DNA of 64,000 nucleotides, from assembly GCA_002633005.1 (NCBI GenBank), contig NMRA01000236.1:367710-431709 (forward strand), given 5' to 3'. The DNA is from Phoronis australis (lineage: Eukaryota; Animalia; Phoronida). The stretch's first letter is position 1. The number at the start of each line of letters is the position of its first letter. Positions 53,720 to 64,000 of the stretch are shown here, in pieces. The notes beneath the pieces were generated by a model that was not told where the DNA came from, searched no databases, and saw only the letters and a program-made list of their open reading frames with translations. Made by a program: the position numbers and the translations under genes.

Positions 53720-54993
53720 TGGGGGGTACGTACACTACGCACAGTCAATCAACGTCAAATTTTGGCTAAGTTACAAATGTATGCGATGATCTTGAGTCTT
53801 GTGCTGCCTCTACTAGTTGTGTTTTTGCAAGCTGTCTTGAGAGATAGAGAACCTACCTCTGCAACAGCAGTTGTCACATATCTTCTAGGATGTTACTAGC
53901 CAAGACCTGTGTGGCATTTTATTTCCCACAAATTTAATAATGTCCATTGTTTTTTTGTTTTTGTCAGACTGGATGCATTTTGGAAATATCAATATTTTTC
54001 ATGATAACAGCAGAATGTAAAAATACTTATGGGCAATGCTATACTTTATAGCACAGAGGTTGGAGGTACGTACACTAAACTGGGGTACCTACACTACATT
54101 TCAATGACTGGTCAGGTTTATAAAAAAAATACTTAGAATCTACTGAGAGTTAGTTCACTTATCAAATCTATTTAAAGAGAACAAACAAAAAGTACAGCAT
54201 AAATGTGTATATCTGTCTGTCATTCTTTGAAAACAGGCACATGTTAAAATATAGGGGTACGTACACTACACAAATGCTAAAATTTCACTCAAAACAAATG
54301 CATTTGTAATTAACACCCTTTTAAGCTAGCATTTTTAATGTAGGAAACTGTGTGTGACAAATGTTGCATACTTACCGTGTAATATTTTTGTTTCGTGGTA
54401 TTTGTTCACATGGGGGTACGTACACTACACAGGGGTACGTACACTACATTTCAATGACTTGTCAGGTATGTAACTAAAGACTAAGAATCTACTAAGAGTT
54501 AGTTGATTTACTAAATCAATCCAAAGAGAAAAGAATCTACTGAGAGTTAGTTGATTTACTAAATCAATCCAAAGAGAAAAAATAAAAAGCACAGCATTCA
54601 TGGGCATATTTTTCATACTTTGAAGATAGGCACAAATTAAAATATGGGGGTACGTACACTACACACATACTATTTCGTTCAAAACAAATGTATTTGCAAT
54701 AAACATCCTTTTAACCTAACATTTTTAAGGAAGGAAACTGTCTATGACCAATGTTGCTCACTTACCAAGTAATATTTTAGTTTCATGGCATTTGTAAACA
54801 TGGGTATACGTACACTACAAAAGAGGGTACGTACACTACATCACTGTTTCTGCATCACGTGGTAACATAATGTTGTATGGCCATTTATTTTTCTTTGGTG
54901 ATAATCAGCACCATGTTGTTATTTAAAAGGCAATAATCTCATTCGCAATGACCATTTGTGTTATTGAATTCCACAGGGGGTACGTACACTACA
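53720..54993. repeat. Array of about 10 GGGGTACGTACACTAC motifs within ~350-390-bp higher-order repeats
   Basis: Motif near 53721, 54063, 54082, 54254, 54412, 54432, 54646, 54802, 54824 and 54976. Confidence 0.8.
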
Positions 54994-55736
54994 TTTCGTT
55001 AGCCTTTGCGGCCCATTTTCACCATTTCATAGCAGAACCCAGTCAATATCCAAACTTTTGGTTTGTTTAGATATTGAATAATTTGCTGTGCTGCATAGGC
55101 TAACATATTCCACAGTTCTTTTTATTACAGAGTGTGAACTTTAGTTTTTAACCCTCTTTACAGTAGTGAGGGTTAGAAACGCAGAATTCACAAATTTCGC
55201 CTGTTTTATGATGAACCCTACCATTTCTCAATGATTAAACACAACTTCGTCTAAGTTATTCCCAGTCATATCAAAACAATTATTGTAATTTTTAAAATGG
55301 CCACTCGTAACCCTAAAAATGCATGAAATTTATACATGCATAGGCCTAAATTTATCAAACATTGTCCGATTTTAACGATTCTTTTTTAATTTGCACAACT
55401 AAATAACTCTTTGCATATGAGATTCAGTTGGCATTTGGTAAGCGACCAAAAATTTATTTTAGACCGTAACACAGTCAACTCTCGAATATGGACCTTGATT
55501 GTGATTAATTTAGCCGATAACAGCAACACTACTAGGTCGAGCAGACAACCGCAGACAAAACTCCGGCGGCTAGTTTCGGGGTCGCAAGCTTTAATTAAAC
55601 AATACACTGTTTATGTGCAAAAGTTGGAACTCTAGACACTTCTATTATTCACATTAGTTTGCCATCTTTTATCCACAACAAAGTAAAATTCAGATATCTG
55701 CCAATAAGAGCGTGTGGGTTTGAGACTAGAATGCAG

Positions 55737-55945
55737 CTCGCTGGTTCTCTGCGTGCGAGCGAGCTAGCTACCACCTCCTGACCACAGGCGCTTGGGTTTA
55801 TCGCAAATGACGTCACTCAATAATATATATAAGAAAACATATGTTTAAGAGTCCAACCTTTATGTTTTCTTATATATATTATTGAGTGACGTCATTTGCG
55901 ATAAACCCAAGCGCCTGTGCTCCTGACACGCAGGGAACCAGCGGG
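55737..55945. mobile_element. Short MULE-like MITE (9-bp TSD) containing a nested palindromic MITE (55783-55919, 8-bp TSD)
   Basis: Outer TSD agaatgcag (55728-55736, 55946-55954); inner TSD ctcctgac (55775-55782, 55920-55927); the inner arms are a perfect inverted repeat of about 59 bp. Confidence 0.8.
55808..55894. promoter_or_regulatory. Two consensus CRE sites (TGACGTCA) 220-310 bp upstream of the ABHD4/5 ATG
   Basis: TGACGTCA at 55808-55815 and 55887-55894; function not shown. Confidence 0.4.
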
Positions 55946-56114
55946 AGAATGCAGCGCAACAGCGCCACGTTTTGAGAATTCCGTTTGAAGAGGGCGCTGT
56001 ATGAGGTTTCGTAAACAATATTTTGCTGGATGACTTTGCAAAATGTGTCTTCTGACTAATAATTTCACAAGTTTCTAGAAAGCTGCTATATTCCTTTACT
56101 CCATATGCACGATC

Positions 56115-59100
56115 ATGACAGAGATAGGACAAGCAGAAGACGGGCCTCTCGATTTTACAAACGACCAGAGCAGGTTAGTACGGTATGTTATTTTTCTCCT
56201 CACCGTCGTACAGCTATAAAACTGTTCAACTCTCAACCTCAGGCTCTAGCGTAGGCCTAGGGCCGGGGTAGGGCTAGGGCTGGGCAGTTCCATCGCCGTG
56301 TTCTGCGCAGGCAGCTTACTCATACCCTTGAATTGGGTTCAGACCACTCTGCACTCATCGGTAGCACACAGCTGGGTGCTCAGTTTTCATGTAAGTTTAG
56401 GCAATGACCATCGCCTATGTCTCGCACCGACTAAACCATCAAAGTCACGTTGTTATAAATACCTTTTGCGCATAGAGGAACACCTTAGGAGGTTGTCGAT
56501 GTGTTTAGTCCTTCCAACTTGAACAAATACTCCCGTTATGAAACTTTTTCTTCGAGCAGTCCCTATTTCAGTTCCCAAAATCGTGAAAACAAAATTTTCA
56601 TTTTTTTTTAACCAGGCCGAAGGTCAGAAGTTGCGGTCCTACCGGCGAACTTTGAAAGCTGAAGTTCCCGCCTTTTGCGTACGTGCTGCCGGGAACCAGC
56701 CGTGCATTTGCCGTGTTGTTAAACATTAAAATGTCAAATATGTGCACAAAGACTATTAAATTTCATATCAACAGCATTTATTTTTATCAAATACAAACAA
56801 TAATTCATTGAAATACAAACAGTTTCAAGTAACGCCAATTAAAGACAAGTATAAGTGGTGGCATTTTGGAAACGAACATTTGGCTGACAAGACCGCAATG
56901 GCTCACCTTTGGCCTATTTAAAGATTGAGGTCATGAAGTCACATCACCTAGCGAGCGTGGTAAAAATTGGAGCGTGCGCAGTACAAAAATTTTGATTTCA
57001 CGATTTTGGGAACTGAAATAGGGACTGCTCGAAGAAAAAGTTTCATAACTGGAGTATTTGTTCGAGTTGGAAGGACTTAAACACATCGGCAACCTCCTAA
57101 GGTGTTCCTCTATGCGCAAAAGGTATTTATAACAACGTGACTTTGATGGTTTAGTCGGTGCCAGGCATAATTTGCCGAAAAGCTTCCGGCGTACAGAGCG
57201 CCTATAGGGTCTGCATCGCCTCTGGTGCAGGCCAACAGAGGGGATGGTCATTGCCTAGTGTAAGTTGTGTTTTGTGTCAGCTACGGTCTCACTGTACCAC
57301 TAGTACACTACCTGGTCTTGAAACGAACCGGAATTATTGAATAGTCAAATACACGCCCATGAGTCCCTGATGGCCTGATACATCCCCTTAATTTGCTATT
57401 AACCATTAACTTGACTAGCCTCAACATCACACGCAGCCAGTGTCATCAACCAATTCAGTAAATGATGTTAAGACTTCAAATTGATGATGATGATGATGAT
57501 GATATACATGTACAGGTAGGTAGAAATAAGCTGCAATTGTCTGAAGTGGGCCAGTGTAGCTGACACACCTGGGATCACAGTTTAGAATGAATACTAGTAA
57601 TGGGTCCAGTCATTTATGTCATCTCTTGATCACTAAATAAACCTATTTTAGCTCTGCTAGTATTTGGTATTGTAGCCACAGAGCTAATTGTATATTGATA
57701 ACTGTGTTATTTCACTCGTATTTGAAACCAGGCTGTCTCCTGCCTGCATCAGGTTTAACCAGTCTCTAACTTTTTTGAAATTCCCTGTAAAGGCCTGTAA
57801 AAAGACAAGACAAAATCACTGTTTGTTACTATTTCATAGCTCTCAAAAGCTTATCTAGTCAGGGCATCTGGTCAGCTTGTGTCTCCACGATGACCTAAGG
57901 CCATGAGTGTACTAGACTCATGATGCAGGTCATTGAGTACACGGGTCACTGAGTGCGCATGTCTGAGTGCATGCTCTAGCTCACATACTGGGAAGTCATC
58001 TACTTTACGCACATTCCTCTGTTGATATGAGTGGCCACTGAATGAGAGAATGATGTAATTGCAACCTGAAGAAATTATAAAAATTCTTAAATTCGGGACA
58101 AAAATAATATTGCTAAAATTGGCATATTTCTATTTTCAGAGGTTTACCACATTGTTGCAAGTGCTCAATACTTTACCAAATGTTGGTTGGTAATAGTTAA
58201 CCTTACAAACCATTATAAAAGCAAAGTCAATTTTCCTGAATTGTTACTTTCATTGAGAAACTTAACAAAATAAAATTTCACATGTCTGCCTTATTGAGTC
58301 CCAAACATAAGAATGTTTACTATAGTTTTGCTTGGTGGTAGACACTATCTGAGTAGTTCTAAATCTCTACTGACCTGTGTTTTACATTTCTAGGTGCTCA
58401 CCTGAGGGGAAAGGTGCCTGTTCCTTTTGGGAACTAGGGAATTTTAAGTTGAGGTTGAAATTCTCCCCCTCCCCGCTACTGTAATTCCCCTGGTCGCCAT
58501 GTTTTGCATAAGTGGTGCTAACTTTGAAGGTTTTTTTTTTAGTCGTAGGAGGGAATTATTGGGCCTTACTAGGGATATTTATGTGATGTTTTTATTTATT
58601 GTTTATAGGGGAACGGTGTCGACATTCATCCCCAAAGTCAAGGTATTGAGGGCTTTGATTTCTTATTGTGTTTCAGGAGTTTCTTGAACCCATACAGATG
58701 GCTTAAATGGAGACCTACATCTGTACAGTTACTGGCTGAGGCAGAAAAGAAAATTTTGCAAAGTGAGTTACTCACAGAATGATGAGTGGATCTTTGTAAC
58801 AGTTCTTCAGTGGTGAAAATTCAAAATTGTACTGGACATGGGAGTTAGTTCTTTTTTACTACGGTAGTTACTCATGTTCGAGTCATGTAGACTTTTGTTT
58901 GGAGTATAATTTTTTCAATAAAATTTGATGCTGATATTCAGTGGTGTCAATAGTAATACTTCATTTCAAGCATTTTTGTAATGCTGACTCATTTCCTTGT
59001 AGGAATCAACAGTAAAGTTACAAGTCGTTTCGTTAGTGTACACGATGGCGCTCATTATCTTCGAACGATTACTATTAATGAGAAAAAGACCCAAAGCGTA

Positions 59101-62100
59101 CCCGTGGTTATGTTACACGGGATGGGATCAGGCCTAGCCCTGTGGGCCCTGAACCTGGATCATCTTGCAAGAGACCGCACGGTGCATGCTATCGACCTGC
59201 TTGGATTTGGTCGCAGCTCGAGACCATCATTTAGCCGAGATGCTGCTACCGCAGAGGATCAGTTCATGACTTCCATCGAGGACTGGAGGCAAAAAATGAA
59301 CTTGGACGACTTTGTATTAATGGGCCACAGCTTTGGAGGGTACTTGGCTGCTGCCTATGCCATGCGCCACCCGGAGTACGTCCGCCATCTTGTACTGGTG
59401 GATCCCTGGGGATTTGCAGAGAAGAAAACTAACCATGACTCCCCAATCCCGACATGGATTAAAGTTTTGGGCACTATGCTTCATCCATTTAATCCGTTTG
59501 CTTTTCTCAGGATAGCAGGACCCTGGGGTAAGCTGGTATCTGACAATGTTTGAAAACGTTGATTTAAATGTTATCCATTGATTTGAATAATTCATCGTTA
59601 NGCACTGGGAAGTCATCTACTTTACGCACATTCCTCTGTTGATATGAGTGGCCACTGAATGAGAGAATGATGTAATTGCAACCTGAAGAAATTATAAAAA
59701 TTCTTAAGTTCGGAACAAAAATAATATTGCTAAAATTGGCATATTTCTATTTTCAGAGGTTTACCACATTGTTGCAAGTGCTCAATATTTTACCAAATGT
59801 TGGTTGGTAATAGCTACACCTTACAAATCATTATAAAAGCAAAGTAAATTTTCCTGAATTGTTACTTTCATTGAGAAACTTAACAAAATAAAATTTCACA
59901 TGTCTGCCATATTGAGTCCCAAACATAAGAATGTTTACTATAGTTTTTCTTGGTGGTAGACACTATCTGAATAGTTCTAAATCCCTACTGACCTGTGTTT
60001 TACATTTCTTGGTGCTCACCTGAGGGGAAAGGTGCCTGTTCCTTTTGGGAACTAGGGAATTTTAAGTTGAGGTTGAAATTCTCCCCCTCCCCACTACTGT
60101 AATTCCCCTGGTCGCCATGTTTTGCATAAGTGATGCTAAGTTTGAAGGGATTTTTTTTAGTCGTAGGAGGGAATTATGGGGCTTTATTAGGGATATTTAT
60201 GTGATGTTTTTATTTATTGTTTATAGGGGAACGGTGTCGACATTCATCCCCAAAGTCAAGGTATCGAGGGCTTTGATTTCTTATTGTGTTTCAGGAGTTT
60301 CTTGAACCCATACAGATGGCTTAAATGGAGACCTACATCTGTACAGTTACTGGCTGAGGCAGAAAAGAAAATTTTGCAAAGTGAGTTACTCACAGAATGA
60401 TGAGTGGATCTCTGTAACAGTTCTTCAGTGGTGAAAATTCAAAATTGTACTGGACATGGGAGTTCTTTTTTACTATGGTAGTTACTCATGTTCGAGTCAT
60501 GTAGACTGTTGTTTGGAGTATAATTTTTTCAATAAAATTTGATGCTGATATTTAGTGGTGTCAATAAAAATACTTCATTTCAAGCATTTTTGTAATACTG
60601 ACTCATTTCCTTGTAGGAATCAACTGTAAAGTTACAAGTCGTTTCGTTAGTGTACACGATGGGGCTCATTATCTTCGAACGATTACTGTTAATGAGAAAA
60701 AGACCCAAAGCGTCCCCGTGGTCATGTTACACGGGATGGGATCAGGCCTAGCCCTGTGGGCCCTGAACCTGGATCATCTTGCAAGAAACCGCACGGTGCA
60801 TGCTATCGACCTGCTTGGATTTGGTCGCAGCTCGAGACCATCATTTAGCCGAGATGCTGCTACCGCAGAGGATCAGTTCATGACTTCCATCGAGGACTGG
60901 AGGCAAAAAATGAACTTGGACGACTTTGTATTAATGGGCCACAGCTTTGGAGGGTACTTGGCTGCTGCCTATGCCATGCGCCACCCGGAGTACGTCCGCC
61001 ATCTTGTACTGGTGGATCCCTGGGGATTTGCAGAGAAGAAAACTAACCATGACTCCCCAATCCCGACATGGATTAAAGTTTTGGGCACTATGCTTCATCC
61101 ATTTAATCCGTTTGCTTTTCTCAGGATAGCAGGACCCTGGGGTAAGCTGGTATCTGACAATGTTTGAAAACGTTGATTTAAATGTTATCCATTGATTTGA
61201 ATAATTCATCGTTATTGGCAAAAGCCTTCGAGTCTATTGGCCATATACACATGTTTACTTATTTTCACCTAGTCTGAGTGACATCAAAGCCATTTGTAAA
61301 TTACATTAATTTTCCATCTCCATATTCCAGGTGCCCTGTCCTGGGTAGATGGGGATAAGCAGTCACCCTATGTCACTTTTCGAACCAAACACATTATATG
61401 GTGAATTTGACTACAAGTAAAAATGATGCTAGGGTACACATAGGTCATAAATTACGATAATAAAAATATTCTCTATATTAACTGCGGAACCGTCATATTT
61501 TTGTATGTAATAACACGAGGCAGGTCCCATATTCATGATCTGCACGAGAAGTATTTGCATGTACCTGATAATGGAAGAAACTGGCTGATTTGTCAGTTGC
61601 CTTCTCTATAGGTATCAGGCAACTTGACTTTCAGTGAGCCCTAATATTATTATCTAATCAAATTCAAGATGCCCACTGAATTAGGGCTGTGTTCCATTGA
61701 CTCGAGACACTCGCAAAGTGCTTTTGGAACAGGAATGTTGAATTCTATCTCGTAATTCAGCATTCCAACAATCACTTCACTGGCAGCCATTTTTCTTGGG
61801 TACACTTGTACTAAACTAGTGCTAAACTATGTGATATTGAGGGGCTCAAACAATGGATTGGATTACTTATAAGAAATTGTTGGAATTATTAATTCTTTTC
61901 TGAAGTTATTCCGATACAATGCCGACAAAGAGGTCTTGTTGAGGACATCACACATTCTTAAAATTGAAGATTCTTATTTGATTACTACTTTCAAATTATT
62001 TTATAAATGCTGCTAAAATATGCTACCAAATTATTTTTCATGTACTTTTAGTATTGTCCCTCTTTCATGCATTTCATCACCATTACACCTGACACACTTC

Positions 62101-63052
62101 TTCCCTTAAGGCTGGTCTCAATGTTTTACCAAACCTAATACTTGTCCTTCAAGTTGTGTCTTTGGCTCATTTTCACATTCTCTGTTTGATGTGCTAGTGT
62201 TTGATGAGTATCATCTGGCCAATTGTTTTGTTTGTATGAAAACTGTTTAGGCTTTGATAATTTTTTCATTTCACAATCTGTTAATTAGTATACACTATTG
62301 ATTCTGGTCATGTGTTGCAACTTAAAATGTCCAAGTTTCTGTTTGCCAATGCGGCCTCAGATTTTGTTTGGGAACCTGGTAAAAATCCCACACGTCCGAG
62401 CACACAAAGTTTGTTTCTGGATACTGTAGAAGATAACAATTTGAACAAATCGCAAGATCATATACTCAAATTTTGCCACTTGAGGTCACAATGTGGCGAA
62501 CAAGCATAATTCAACTTTTTGTAATTTTCATTTGTCAATTTTAAGCTCTGATACCTTCAGATAATATGTATTAATAATTGTTAGAAACTTTTGAAAATGA
62601 AGAGTTGACTTTTCGCTATAATTTTTTTCTGAAATGGGTGAGATTATATCTTAGCAGAGTTTACAGCCTATAAAATCTGTTGCTAAACTCTTCTGGCATA
62701 ATGTGTCATTCTGGTCACATGACATTTGTAAACTGAGAGAAAATGAGGTCAGTTGCCTCTCTGTACCGAGGACTCTGGAAAGGCTTTCCTGTAATAAGAA
62801 TGTCTGTTTACGTCAGAGCAGTATTTTCTTGGCTAAAAACTGATGCATAGCGGAAAGTATCTAAAGATTACTTATTTATTATCACTGTATCTGTGAATGA
62901 TTATAATTCAGTGCTGACCTTCTGGTGACCTTCATTTCAGGACCCAATTTAATAACTCGCTTCAGGCCTGATCTTGGTTTGAAGTATAGAGCTTTAAATG
63001 AAGACGGGGCCGTATTCAACTACATCTATCACTGCAATGCTCAAGACCCAAG
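56115..63052 (+). CDS. ABHD4: ABHD4/ABHD5-family alpha/beta hydrolase gene, 5' part; continues past the window
   Basis: Exons 56115-56173 (or alternative donor 56182), 58677-58762 (WLKWRPTSVQLLAEAEKKILQ), 59003-59527 (HGMGSG, DLLGFGRSSRP, GHSFGG, LVLVDPWG) and 62941-63052 (RFRPDL...YIYHCNAQDP). Exons 2-3 are repeated at 60295-60380 and 60617-61141. Confidence 0.9.
56398..57257. mobile_element. Non-autonomous long-TIR element with TAG...CTA termini and 9-bp TSD (Academ-like)
   Basis: taggcaatgaccatc...gatggtcattgccta, arms of about 200 bp, flanks atgtaagtt and gtgtaagtt; lies in ABHD intron 1. Confidence 0.75.
60295..61141 (+). CDS. ABHD4: Second copy of ABHD4/5 exons 2-3 (60295-60380, 60617-61141), probably an allelic haplotype
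   Basis: Near-identical copy of 58677-59527 including introns; the junction is a single N at 59601. Confidence 0.75.
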
Positions 63053-63890
63053 GTACTCTAAGATCAGTCTAACTTGTACATGTACACAGTCATGTAAATG
63101 TCCACGTTGTATTAAGGGCCTAGAACGATATCCAAATTTTTCCAACTTCGGAACATCGTATCTCTGAAACGTATGACCAAATGTTGTTAGAATTGTTTTT
63201 AGTTTTCCAGTTTTGCATGAGGGCTATCAAAATTGTGACTTTCATAATTTTCATGGCAAACACGAAAGTTTCAAAAAACGAAATGATAATTGGAAAACAT
63301 TCACAGGCTGTTTTAGAAATTTCATCATAAACATTAAATTGGTCGACACATGTGAGGTACTATGCTTTCTGTGCCAGTGTATCGTTTCCTAAATTTTACT
63401 AAAAAGGCAAGGTCACATGAACCAATTAACGGCAAAAATCAAAGTTTGCATGCTTTCTGTTTTCAAGAAATAGAAAGCTTTTACAAAGTAAAATCTCAGT
63501 TAAGTGTAGCTATGTGGCCAAATATTCTGTAAACTTCTCGATATAGTCCTGCATAACCTCAAAGAAGCAAAAACCTGTCGACTGGTTATGTATTGTTAAC
63601 TAATCTGTAAGCTGTCTTGAAACTTCATTGACGTATTCACAGTCAAACAGGCACACTGTCTGCTTGTCACTGTGTCAAAAGGTCAGAGTTTTCTGACCTG
63701 TCCAGGTGTTGTCGTGTCTTTGATTACAATTAGTAAATTAACCTCATATTCTTGTGCAGGTATATTAAATTTGTATGTGGTGAGAGTTAAGGGACATTAA
63801 TTAGTCAGCACACGAATAGCATTATTGACTATTGGTGGAAAATGAGGAAACATTTGTTACAGGTGATGCCTTTCTGTCAGTTGTGGGGGA

Positions 63891-64000
63891 GTTTTGAGCT
63901 ATGCAGTGCCATTTTGAGCTGTGCAGTGCCATTTTGAGCTGTGCAGTGCCATTTTGAGCTGTGCAGTGCCATTTTGAGCTGTGCAGTGCCATTTTGAGCT
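63891..64000. repeat. 20-bp minisatellite (gtgcagtgccattttgagct)n running off the window
   Basis: Five or more direct tandem copies. Confidence 0.95.

Overview
AT-rich, intron- and transposon-rich eukaryotic DNA from an animal genome assembly. Gene and TE content suggest a marine invertebrate such as a mollusc; this is inference. The window has N gaps at 36836-36992 and 42956-43772 and single-N joins at 9570, 47953 and 59601. By manual splicing I reconstruct a 14-exon + strand CAP-superfamily gene (3785-26024, about 444 aa: signal peptide, ShK, Ser/Thr linker, CAP, EGF-like, ShK, hydrophobic tail) that the ORF track mostly misses. The 5' part of an ABHD4/ABHD5-family hydrolase gene lies at 56115-63052+; its exons 2-3 appear twice around a single N, probably an uncollapsed haplotype. 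A 257-aa orphan ORF lies on the minus strand. The rest is mobile DNA: three LINEs with open RT frames (Tx1/L1, RTE-X-like, L2/CR1-group), a Helentron-like element, a Kolobok derivative, a 5-bp-TSD hAT-like family and several MITEs. There are also two inverted copies of a CAC-terminated element carrying two convergent spliced pseudogenes, one a C2H2 zinc-finger gene; this is the most unusual item. No prokaryote-type system (CRISPR, operon) is present. All calls were made by eye, without database searches.
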